Translations under genes and position numbers: made by a program
NCBI RefSeq assembly: GCF_964204645.1
Contig: NC_134036.1
Location: 6,677,304-6,741,303, forward strand
Direction: 5' to 3'
Length of the DNA stretch: 64,000 nt
From: Tubulanus polymorphus
Taxonomy: Eukaryota > Animalia > Nemertea
Notes under the pieces: model-generated
What the model saw: only the letters and a program-made list of their open reading frames with translations
The model's database searches: none
Told to the model about the DNA's origin: nothing
In this document: positions 23,614-35,600 of the stretch, piece after piece
How positions within the stretch are numbered: the stretch's first letter is position 1
Layout of the letters: every line of letters begins with the position of its first letter

Positions 23614-26600
23614 TGCCGGCGGTGGTAGTTCGAAAAACGACTAAGTGCTGACCGGGCCTTGATCAGCGTTACGACCCGGAGCATTGAGGGAGGGAGGGAG
23701 GCAGTAGGTCGGTCGTCCGTCCGTTTGTCAGTGTGCCGGCAGTGATGGTTGTTCGAAAAATGACTAAGGGCTGACCGGGCCTTGATCAGCGTTACGACCC
23801 GGCACCGGTCAGGAAGGGAGGGAGGGTGGCAGTAGGTCGGTCGTCCGTCCGTTCGCCAGTGTGCCGCTGGTGGTTGTTCGAAAAACGACTAAGTGCTGAC
23901 CGGGCCTTGATCAGCGTTACGACCCGGAGCAGTGAGGGAGGGAGGGAGGCAGTAGGTCGGTCGTCCGTCCGTTCGCCAGTGTGCCGCTGGTGGTTGTTCG
24001 AAAAACGACTAAGTGCTGACCGGGCCTTGATCAGCGTTACGACCCGGTGCAGTGAGGGAGGGAGGGAGGCAGTAGGTCGGTCGTCCGTCCGTTCGTCAGT
24101 GTGCCGGCAGAGTTTGTTGTTCGAAAAACGACTAAGTGCTGACCGGGCCATGAACAGCGTTACGACCCGGCACCGGTCAGGGAGGGAGGGAGGGAGGCAG
24201 TAGGTCGGTCGTCCATCCGTTCGTCAGTGTGCCGGCGGTGGTAGTTCGAAAAACGACTAAGTGCTGTCCGGGCCTTGATCAGCGTTACGACCCGGTGCAG
24301 TGAGGGAGGGAGGGAGGGAGGCAGAAGGTCCGTCGTCCGCCCGTTAGTCAGTGTGTCGGCGGTTGCTGTTCGAAAAACGACTAAGTGCTGACCGGGCCAT
24401 GAACAGCGTTACGACCCGGCACCGGTCAGGAAGGGAGGGAGGGTGGCAGTAGGTCGGTCGTCCGTTCGTTCGTCAGTGTGCCGGCGGTGGTAGTTCGAAA
24501 AACGACTAAGTGCTGACCGGGCCTAGATCAGCGTTACGACCCGGTGCAGTGAGGGAGGGAGAGAGGCAGTAGGTCGGTCGTCCGTCCGGTCGTCAGTGTG
24601 CCGGCGGTGGTTGTTCGAAAAACGACTAAGTGCTGACCGGGCCTTGATCAGCGTTACGACCCGGAGCAGTGAGGGAGGGAGGGAGGGAGGCAGTAGGTCG
24701 GTCGTCCGTCCGTTCGCCAGTGTGCCGCTGGTGGTTGTTCGAAAAACGACTAAGTGCTGACCGGGCCTTGATCAGCGTTACGACCCGGTGCAGTGAGGGA
24801 GGGAGGGAGGCAGTAGGTCGGTCGTCCATCCGTTCGTCAGTGTGCCGGCAGAGTTGGTTGTTCGAAAAACGACTAAGTGCTGACCGGGCCTTGATCAGCG
24901 TTACGACCCGGTGCAGTGAGGGAGGGAGGGAGGGAGGCAATAGGTCGGTCGTCCATCCGTTCGTCAGTGTGCCGGCGGTGGTAGTTCGAAAAACGACTAA
25001 GTGCTGACCGGGCCTTGATCAGCGTTACGACCCGGTGCAGTGAGGGAGGGAGGGAGGGAAGCAGTAGGTCGGTCGTCCATCCGTTCGTCAGTATGCCGGC
25101 GGTGGTAGTTCGAAAAACGACTAAGTGCTGACCGGGCCTTGATCAGCGTTACGACCCGGTGCAGTGAGGGAGGGAGGGAGGGAGGCACTAGGACAGTCGT
25201 CAGCCCGTTAGTCAGTGTGTCGGCGGTTGTTGTTCGAAAAACGACTAAGTGCTGACCGGGCCATGAACAGCGTTACGACCCGGCACCGGTCAGGAAGGGA
25301 GGGAGGGTGGCAGTAGGTCGGTCGTCCGTTCGTTCGTCATTGTGCCGGCGGTGGTTGTTCGAAAAACGACTAAGTGCTGACCGGGCCTTGATCAGCGTTA
25401 CGACCCGGCACCGGTCAGGGAGGGAGGGAGGGAGGCAGTAGGTCGGTCGTCCGTCCGTTCGTCAGTGTGCCGGCGGTGGTTGTTCGAAAAACGACTAAGT
25501 GCTGACCGGGCCTTGATCAGCGTTACGACCCGGTGCAGTGAGGGAGGGAGGGAGGGAAGCAGTAGGTCGGTCGTCCATCCGTTCGTCAGTATGCCGGCGG
25601 TGGTAGTTCGAAAAACGACTAAGTGCTGACCGGGCCTTGATCAGCGTTACGACCCGGAGCATTGAGGGAGGGAGGGAGGCAGTAGGTCGGTCGTCCGTCC
25701 GTTTGTCAGTGTGCCGGCAGTGATGGTTGTTCGAAAAATGACTAAGGGCTGACCGGGCCTTGATCAGCGTTACGACCCGGCACCGGTCAGGAAGGGAGGG
25801 AGGGTGGCAGTAGGTCGGTCGTCCGTCCGTTCGCCAGTGTGCCGCTGGTGGTTGTTCGAAAAACGACTAAGTGCTGACCGGGCCTTGATCAGCGTTACGA
25901 CCCGGAGCAGTGAGGGAGGGAGGGAGGCAGTAGGTCGGTCGTCCGTCCGTTCGCCAGTGTGCCGCTGGTGGTTGTTCGAAAAACGACTAAGTGCTGACCG
26001 GGCCTTGATCAGCGTTACGACCCGGTGCAGTGAGGGAGGGAGGGAGGCAGTAGGTCGGTCGTCCGTCCGTTCGTCAGTGTGCCGGCAGAGTTTGTTGTTC
26101 GAAAAACGACTAAGTGCTGACCGGGCCATGAACAGCGTTACGACCCGGCACCGGTCAGGGAGGGAGGGAGGGAGGCAGTAGGTCGGTCGTCCATCCGTTC
26201 GTCAGTGTGCCGGCGGTGGTAGTTCGAAAAACGACTAAGTGCTGTCCGGGCCTTGATCAGCGTTACGACCCGGTGCAGTGAGGGAGGGAGGGAGGGAGGC
26301 AGAAGGTCCGTCGTCCGCCCGTTAGTCAGTGTGTCGGCGGTTGCTGTTCGAAAAACGACTAAGTGCTGACCGGGCCATGAACAGCGTTACGACCCGGCAC
26401 CGGTCAGGAAGGGAGGGAGGGTGGCAGTAGGTCGGTCGTCCGTTCGTTCGTCAGTGTGCCGGCGGTGGTAGTTCGAAAAACGACTAAGTGCTGACCGGGC
26501 CTAGATCAGCGTTACGACCCGGTGCAGTGAGGGAGGGAGAGAGGCAGTAGGTCGGTCGTCCGTCCGGTCGTCAGTGTGCCGGCGGTGGTTGTTCGAAAAA

Positions 26601-27534
26601 CGACTAAGTGCTGACCGGGCCTTGATCAGCGTTACGACCCGGAGCAGTGAGGGAGGGAGGGAGGGAGGCAGTAGGTCGGTCGTCCGTCCGTTCGCCAGTG
26701 TGCCGCTGGTGGTTGTTCGAAAAACGACTAAGTGCTGACCGGGCCTTGATCAGCGTTACGACCCGGTGCAGTGAGGGAGGGAGGGAGGCAGTAGGTCGGT
26801 CGTCCATCCGTTCGTCAGTGTGCCGGCAGAGTTGGTTGTTCGAAAAACGACTAAGTGCTGACCGGGCCTTGATCAGCGTTACGACCCGGTGCAGTGAGGG
26901 AGGGAGGGAGGGAGGCAATAGGTCGGTCGTCCATCCGTTCGTCAGTGTGCCGGCGGTGGTAGTTCGAAAAACGACTAAGTGCTGACCGGGCCTTGATCAG
27001 CGTTACGACCCGGTGCAGTGAGGGAGGGAGGGAGGGAAGCAGTAGGTCGGTCGTCCATCCGTTCGTCAGTATGCCGGCGGTGGTAGTTCGAAAAACGACT
27101 AAGTGCTGACCGGGCCTTGATCAGCGTTACGACCCGGTGCAGTGAGGGAGGGAGGGAGGGAGGCACTAGGACAGTCGTCAGCCCGTTAGTCAGTGTGTCG
27201 GCGGTTGTTGTTCGAAAAACGACTAAGTGCTGACCGGGCCATGAACAGCGTTACGACCCGGCACCGGTCAGGAAGGGAGGGAGGGTGGCAGTAGGTCGGT
27301 CGTCCGTTCGTTCGTCATTGTGCCGGCGGTGGTTGTTCGAAAAACGACTAAGTGCTGACCGGGCCTTGATCAGCGTTACGACCCGGCACCGGTCAGGGAG
27401 GGAGGGAGGGAGGCAGTAGGTCGGTCGTCCGTCCGTTCGTCAGTGTGCCGGCGGTGGTTGTTTCGAAAAACGACTAAGTGCTGACCGGGCCTTGATCAGC
27501 GTTACGACCCGGTGCAGTGAGGGAGGGAGGGAGG
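23614..27534. repeat. Tandem duplication of a 16-monomer block (1978 bp), present in macro-copy A only
   Basis: Identical ORFs at 23792/25770, 24626/26604 and 24997/26975. Monomer starts counted from 23651 to 25629 give 16 units. Confidence 0.92.
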
Positions 27535-27569
27535 CAGTAGGTCGGTCGTCCGTCCGTTCGTCAGTGTGC

Positions 27570-30500
27570 CGGCGGTGGTAGTTCGAAAAACGACTAAGTG
27601 CTGTCCGGGCCTTGATCAGCGTTACGACCCGGTGCAGTGAGGGAGGGAGGGAGGGAGGCAGAAGGTCCGTCGTCCGCCCGTTAGTCAGTGTGTCGGCGGT
27701 TGCTGTTCGAAAAACGACTAAGTGCTGACCGGGCCATGAACAGCGTTACGACCCGGCACCGGTCAGGAAGGGAGGGAGGGTGGCAGTAGGTCGGTCGTCC
27801 GTTCGTTCGTCAGTGTGCCGGCGGTGGTAGTTCGAAAAACGACTAAGTGCTGACCGGGCCTTGATCAGCGTTACGACCCGGTGCAGTGAGGGAGGGAGGG
27901 AGGCAGTAGGTCGGTCGTCCGTCCGTTCGTCAGTGTGCCGGCGGTGGTTGTTCGAAAAACGACTAAGTGCTGACCGGGTCTTGATCAGCGTTACGACCTG
28001 GCACCGGTCAAGAAGGGAGGGAGGGTGGCAGTAGGTCGGTCGTCCGTTCGTTCGTCGGTGTGCCGGCGGTGGTAGTTCGAAAAACGACTAAGTGCTGACC
28101 GGGCCTTGATCAGCGTTACGACCCGGTGCAGTGAGGGAGGGAGGGAGGCAGTAGGTCGGTCGTCCGTCCGTTCGTCAGTGTGCCGGCGGTGGTTGTTCGA
28201 AAAACGACTAAGTGCTGACCGGGCCATGATCAGCGTTACGACCCGGCGCAGTGAGGGAGGGAGGGAGGGAGGCAGAAGGTCCGTCGTCCGCCCGTTAGTC
28301 AGTGTGTCGGCGGTTGCTGTTCGAAAAACGACTAAGTGCTGACCGGGCCTTGATCAGCGTTACGACCCGATGCAGTGAGGGAGGGAGGGAGGCAGTAGGT
28401 CGGTCGTCCGTCCGTTCGTCAGAGTGCCGGCGGTGGTTGTTCGAAAAACGACTAAGTGCTGACCGGGCCTTGATCAGCGTTACGACCCGGAGCAGTGAGG
28501 GAGGGAGGGAGGCAGTAGGTCGGTCGTCCGTCCGTTCGCCAGTGTGCCGCTGGTGGTTGTTCGAAAAACGACTAAGTGCTGATCGGGCCTTGATCAGCGT
28601 TACGACCCGGTGCAGTGAGGGAGGGAGGGAGGCAGTAGGTCGGTCGTCCATCCGTTCGTCAGTGTGCCGGAAGAGTTGGTTGTTCGAAAAACGACTAAGT
28701 GCTGACCGGGCCTTGATCAGCGTTACGACCCGGTGCAGTGAGGGAGGGAGGGAGGCAATAGGTCGGTCGTCCATCCGTTCGTCAGTGTGCCGGCGGTGGT
28801 AGTTCGAAAAACGACTAAGTGCTGACCGGGCCTTGATCAGCGTTACGACCCGGTGCAGTGAGGGAGGGAGGGAGGGAAGCAGTAGGTCGGTCGTCCATCC
28901 GTTCGTCAGTGTGCCGGCGGTGGTAGTTCGAAAAACGACTAAGTGCTGACCGGGCCTTGATCAGCGTTACGACCCGGTGCAGTGAGGGAGGGAGGGTGGC
29001 ACTAGGACAGTCGTCCGCCCGTTAGTCAGTGTGTCGGCGGTTGTTGTTCGAAAAACGACTAAGTGCTGACCGGGCCATGATCAGCGTTACGACCCGGTGC
29101 AGTGAGGGAGGGAGGGAGGCACTAGTACAGTCGTCCGCCCGTTAGTCAGTGTGTCGGCGGTTGTTGTTCGAAAAACGACTAAGTGCTGACCGGGCCATGA
29201 ACAGCGTTACGACCCGGCGCTGGTCAGGGAGGGAGGGAGGGAGGCAGTAGGTCGGTCGTCCATCCGTTCGTCAGTGTGCCGGCGGTGGTAGTTCGAAAAA
29301 CGACTAAGTGCTGTCCGGGCCTTGATCAGCGTTACGACCCGGTGCAGTGAGGGAGGGAGGGAGGGAGGCAGAAGGTCCGTCGTCCGCCCGTTAGTCAGTG
29401 TGTCGGCGGTTGCTGTTCGAAAAACGACTAAGTGCTGACCGGGCCATGAACAGCGTTACGACCAGGCACCGGTCAGGAAGGGAGGGAGGGTGGCAGTAGG
29501 TCGGTCGTCCGTTCGTTCGTCAGTGTGCCGGCGGTGGTAGTTCGAAAAACGACTAAGTGCTGACCGGCCTTGATCAGCGTTACGACCCGGTGCAGTGAGG
29601 GAGGGAGGGAGGCAGTAGGTCGGTCGTCCGTCCGTTCGTCAGTGTGCCGGCGGTGGTTGTTCGAAAAACGACTAAGTGCTGACCGGGTCTTGATCAGCGT
29701 TACGACCTGGCACCGTTCAAGAAGGGAGGGAGGGTGGCAGTAGGTCGGTCGTCCGTTCGTTCGTCAGTGTTCCGGCGGTGGTAGTTCGAAAAACGACTAA
29801 GTGCTGACCGGGCCTTGATCAGCGTTACGACCCGGAGCAGTGAGGGAGGGAGGGAGGCAGTAGGTCGGTCGTCCGTCCGTTCGCCAGTGTGCCGCTGGTG
29901 GTTGTTCGAAAAACGACTAAGTGCTGACCGGGCCTTGATCAGCGTTACGACCCGGTGCAGTGAGGGAGGGAGGGAGGCAGTAGGTCGGTCGTCCGTCCGT
30001 TCGTCAGTGTGCCGGCAGAGTTGGTTGTTCGAAAAACGACTAAGTGCTGACCGGGCCTTGATCAGCGTTACGACCCGGTGCAGTGAGGGAGGGAGGGAGG
30101 GAGGGAGGGAGGCAATAGGTCGGTCGTCCATCCGTTCGTCAGTGTGCCGGCGGTGGTAGTTCGAAAAACGACTAAGTGCTGTCCGGGCCTTGATCAGCGT
30201 TACGACCCGGTGCAGTGAGGGAGGGAGGGAGGGAGGCAGAAGGTCCGTCGTCCGCCCGTTAGTCAGTGTGTCGGCGGTTGCTGTTCGAAAAACGACTAAG
30301 TGCTGACCGGGCCATGAACAGCGTTACGACCCGGCACCGGTCAGGAAGGGAGGGAGGGTGGCAGTAGGTCGGTCGTCCGTTCGTTCGTCAGTGTGCCGGC
30401 GGTGGTAGTTCGAAAAACGACTAAGTGCTGACCGGGCCTTGATCAGCGTTACGACCCGGTGCAGTGAGGGAGGGAGGGAGGCAGTAGGTCGGTCGTCCGT

Positions 30501-32650
30501 CCGTTCGTCAGTGTGCCGGCGGTGGTTGTTCGAAAAACGACTAAGTGCTGACCGGGTCTTGATCAGCGTTACGACCTGGCACCGGTCAAGAAGGGAGGGA
30601 GGGTGGCAGTAGGTCGGTCGTCCGTTCGTTCGTCGGTGTGCCGGCGGTGGTAGTTCGAAAAACGACTAAGTGCTGACCGGGCCTTGATCAGCGTTACGAC
30701 CCGGTGCAGTGAGGGAGGGAGGGAGGCAGTAGGTCGGTCGTCCGTCCGTTCGTCAGTGTGCCGGCGGTGGTTGTTCGAAAAACGACTAAGTGCTGACCGG
30801 GCCATGATCAGCGTTACGACCCGGCGCAGTGAGGGAGGGAGGGAGGGAGGCAGAAGGTCCGTCGTCCGCCCGTTAGTCAGTGTGTCGGCGGTTGCTGTTC
30901 GAAAAACGACTAAGTGCTGACCGGGCCTTGATCAGCGTTACGACCCGGTGCAGTGAGGGAGGGAGGGAGGCAGTAGGTCGGTCGTCCGTCCGTTCGTCAG
31001 AGTGCCGGCGGTGGTTGTTTGAAAAACGACTAAGTGCTGACCGGGCCTTGATCAGCGTTACGACCCGGAGCAGTGAGGGAGGGAGGGAGGCAGTAGGTCG
31101 GTCGTCCGTCCGTTCGCCAGTGTGCCGCTGGTGGTTGTTCGAAAAACGACTAAGTGCTGACCGGGCCTTGATCAGCGTTACGACCCGGTGCAGTGAGGGA
31201 GGGAGGGAGGCAGTAGGTCGGTCGTCCATCCGTTCGTCAGTGTGCCGGCAGAGTTGGTTGTTCGAAAAACGACTAAGTGCTGACCGGGCCTTGATCAGCG
31301 TTACGACCCGGTGCAGTGAGGGAGGGAGGGAGGCAATAGGTCGGTCGTCCATCCGTTCGTCAGTGTGCCGGCGGTGGTAGTTCGAAAAACGACTAAGTGC
31401 TGACCGGGCCTTGATCAGCGTTACGACCCGGTGCAGTGAGGGAGGGAGGGAGGAAAGCAGTAGGTCGGTCGTCCATCCGTTCGTCAGTGTGCCGGCGGTG
31501 GTAGTTCGAAAAACGACTAAGTGCTGACCGGGCCTTGATCAGCGTTACGACCCGGTGCAGTGAGGGAGGGAGGGTGGCACTAGGACAGTCGTCCGCCCGT
31601 TAGTCAGTGTGTCGGCGGTTGTTGTTCGAAAAACGACTAAGTGCTGACCGGGCCATGAACAGCGTTACGACCCGGCGCTGGTCAGGGATGGAGGGAGGGA
31701 GGCAGTAGGTCGGTCGTCCATCCGTTCGTCAGTGTGCCGGCGGTGGTAGTTCGAAAAACGACTAAGTGCTGACCGGGCCTTGATCAGCGTTACGACCCGG
31801 TGCAGTGAGGGAGGGAGGGAGGCAGTAGGTCGGTCGTCCGTCCGTTCGTCAGTGTGCCGGCGGTGGTTGTTCGAAAAACGACTAAGTGCTGACCGGGTCT
31901 TGATCAGCGTTACGACCTGGCACCGGTCAAGAAGGGAGGGAGGGTGGCAGTAGGTCGGTCGTCCGTTCGTTCGTCAGTGTGCCGGCGGTGGTAGTTCGAA
32001 AAACGACTAAGTGCTGACCGGGCCTTGATCAGCGTTACGACCCGGAGCAGTGAGGGAGGGAGGGAGGCAGTAGGTCGGTCGTCCGTCCGTTCGCCAGTGT
32101 GCCGCTGGTGGTTGTTCGAAAAACGACTAAGTGCTGACCGGGCCTTGATCAGCGTTACGACCCGGTGCAGTGAGGGAGGGAGGGAGGCAGTAGGTCGGTC
32201 GTCCGTCCGTTCGTCAGTGTGCCGGCAGAGTTGGTTGTTCGAAAAACGACTAAGTGCTGACCGGGCCTTGATCAGCGTTACGACCCGGTGCAGTGAGGGA
32301 GGGAGGGAGGGAGGGAGGCAATAGGTCGGTCGTCCATCCGTTCGTCAGTGTGCCGGCGGTGGTAGTTCGAAAAACGACTAAGTGCTGTCCGGGCCTTGAT
32401 CAGCGTTACGACCCGGTGCAGTGAGGGAGGGAGGGAGGGAGGCAGAAGGTCCGTCGTCCGCCCGTTAGTCAGTGTGTCGGCGGTTGCTGTTCGAAAAACG
32501 ACTAAGTGCTGACCGGGCCATGAACAGCGTTACGACCCGGCACCGGTCAGGAAGGGAGGGAGGGTGGCAGTAGGTCGGTCGTCCGTTCGTTCGTCGGTGT
32601 GCCGGCGGTGGTAGTTCGAAAAACGACTAAGTGCTGACCGGGCCTTGATC
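27570..32650. repeat. ~21-monomer (2578 bp) higher-order duplication with internal monomer deletions
   Basis: ORF pairs 27991/30569, 28106/30684 and 28302/30880. The same structure occurs in copy B (53613/56192), so it predates the macro-duplication. Confidence 0.88.
30087..30110 (+). repeat. (GGGA)6 microsatellite, longest allele of the intra-monomer GGGA tract; matches the G-quadruplex motif
   Basis: Six GGGA units read directly. (GGGA)6 also occurs at 32797-32820 and 55710-55733. Most monomers carry 3 or 4 units. Confidence 0.9.
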
Positions 32651-35600
32651 AGCGTTACGACCCGGTGCAGTGAGGGAGGGAGGGAGGCAGTAGGTCGGTC
32701 GTCCGTCCGTTCGTCAGTGTGCCGGCAGAGTTGGTTGTTCGAAAAACGACTAAGTGCTGACCGGGCCTTGATCAGCGTTACGACCCGGTGCAGTGAGGGA
32801 GGGAGGGAGGGAGGGAGGGAGGCAATAGGTCGGTCGTCCATCCGTTCGTCAGTTTGCCGGCGGTGGTAGTTCGAAAAACGACTAAGTGCTGACCGGGCCT
32901 TGATCAGCGTTACGACCCGGTGCAGTGAGGGAGGGAGGGAGGCAGTAGGTCGGTCGTCCGTCCGTTCGTCAGTGTGCCGGCGGTGGTTGTTCGAAAAACG
33001 ACTAAGTGCTGACCGGGTCTTGATCAGCGTTACGACCCGGTGCAGTGAGGGAGGGAGGGAGGGAGGCAGTAGGTCGGTCGTCCATCCGTTCGTCAGTGTG
33101 CCGGCGGTGGCAGTTCAAAAAACGACTAAGTGCTGACCGGGCCTTGATCAGCGTTACGACCCGGAGCAGTGAGGGAGGGAGGGAGGCAGTAGGTCGGTCG
33201 TCCGTCCTTTCGTCAGTGTGCCGGCAGAGTTGGTTGTTCGAAAAACGACTAAGTGCTGACCGGGCCTTGATCAGCGTTACGACCCGGTGCAGTGAGGGAG
33301 GGAGGGAGGCACTAGGACAGTCGTCCGCCCGTTAGTCAGTGTGTCGGCGGTTGTTGTTCGAAAAACGACTAAGTGCTGACCGGGCCATGAACAGCGTTAC
33401 GACCCGGCACCGGTCAGGAAGGGAGGGAGGGTGGCAGTAGGTCGGTCGTCCGTCCGTTCGTCAGTGTGCCGGCGGTGGTTATTCGAAAAACGACTAAGTG
33501 CTGACCGGGCCTTAATCAGCGTTACGACCCGGCACCGGTCAGGAAGGGAGGGAGGGTGGCAGTAGGTCGGTCGTCCGTTCGTTGGTCAGTGTGCCGGCGG
33601 TGGAAGTTCGAACAACGACTAAGTGCTGACCGGGCCTTGATCAGCGTTACGACCCGGAGCAGTGTGGGAGGGAGGGGGACAGTAGGTCGGTCGTCCGTCC
33701 GTTCGTCAGTGTGCCGGCAGAGTTGGTTGTTCGAAAAACGACTAATTGCTGACCGGGCCTTGATCAGCGTTAGGACCCGGTGCTGTGAGGGAGGGAGGGA
33801 GGCAGTAGGTCGGTCGTCCATCCGTTCATCAGTGTGCCGGCGGTGGTTGTTCGAATAACGACTAAGTGCTGACCGGGCCTTGATCAGCGTTACGACCCGG
33901 CACCGGTCAGGGAGGGAGGGAGGGAGGCAGTAGGTCGGTCGTCCGTCCGGTCGTCAGTGTGCCGGCGGTGGTTGTTCGAAAAACGACTAAGTGCTGACCG
34001 GGCCTTGATCAGCGTTACGACCCGGTGCAGTGAGGGAGGGAGGGAGGCACTAGGACAGTCGTCCGCCCGTTAGTCAGTGTGTCGGCGGTTGTTGTTCGAA
34101 AAACGACTAAGTGCTGACCGGGCCTTGATCAGCGTTACGACCCGGCACCGGTCAGGAAGGGAGGGAGGGTGGCAGTAGGTCGGACGTCCGTTCGTTGGTC
34201 AGTGTGCCGGCGGTGGTAGTTCGAAAAACGACTAAGTGCTGACCGGGCCTTGATCAGCGTTACGACCCGGTGCTGTGAGGGAGGGAGGGAGGCTGTAGGT
34301 CGGTCGTCCGTCCGTTCGTCAGTGTGCCGGCAGAGTTGGTTGTTCGAAAAACGACTAAGTGCTGACCGGGCCTTGATCAGCGTTACGACCCGGAGCAGTG
34401 AGGGAGGGAGGGAGGCAGTAGGTCGGTCGTCCGTCCGTTCGCCAGTGTGCCGCTGGTGGTTGTTCGAAAAACGACTAAGTGCTGACCGGGCCTTGATCAG
34501 CGTTACGACCCGGTGCAGTGAGGGAGGGAGGGAGGCACTAGGACAGTCGTCCGCCCGTTAGTCAGTGTGTCGGCGGTTGTTGTTCGAAAAACGACTAAGT
34601 GCTGACCGGGCCTTGATCAGCGTTACGACCCGGCACCGGTCAGGAAGGGAGGGAGGGTGGCAGTAGGTCGGACGTCCGTTCGTTGGTCAGTGTGCCGGCG
34701 GTGGTAGTTCGAAAAATGACTAAGTGCTGACCGGGCCTTGATCAGCGTTACGACCCGGTGCTGTGAGGGAGGGAGGGAGGCTGTAGGTCGGTCGTCCATC
34801 CGTTCGTCAGTGTGCCGGCGGTGGTTGCTCGAAAAACGACTAAGTGCTTACCGGGCCTTGATCAGCGTTACGACCCGGTGCAGTGAGGGAGGGAGGGAGG
34901 CAGTAGGTCGGTCGTCCGTCCGTTCGTCAGTGTGCCGGCGGTGGTTGTTCGAAAAACGACTAAGTGCTGACAGGGCCATGATCAGCGTTACGACCCGGTG
35001 TAATGAGGGAGGGATGGAGGCACTAGGACAGTCGTCCGCCCGTTAGTCAGTGTGTCGGCGGTTGTTGTTCGAAAAACGACTAAGTGCTGACCGGGCCTTG
35101 ATCAGCGTTACGACCCGGCACCGGTCAGGGAGGGAGGGAGGGAGGCAGTAGGTCGGTCGTCCGTCCGTTCGTCATTGTGCCGGCGGTGGTAGTTCGAAAA
35201 ACGACTAAGTGCTGACCGGGCCTTGATCAGCGTTACGACCCGGTGCAGTGAGGGAGGGAGGGAGGCAGTAGGTCGGTCGTCCGTTCGTTCGTCAGTGTGC
35301 CGGCGGTGGTTGTTCGAATAACGACTAAGTGCTGACCGGGCCTTGATCAGCGTTACGACCCGGCACCGGTCAGGGAGGGAGGGAGGGAGGCAGTAGGTCG
35401 GTCGTCCGTCCGTTCGTCATTGTGCCGGCGGTGGTAGTTCGAAAAACGACTAAGTGCTGACCGGGCCTTGATCAGCGTTACGACCCGGTGCAGTGAGGGA
35501 GGGAGGGAGGCTGTAGGTCGGTCGTCCATCCGTTCGTCAGTGTGCCGGCGGTGGTAGTTCGAAAAACGACTAAGTGCTGACCGGGCCTTGATCAGCGTTA

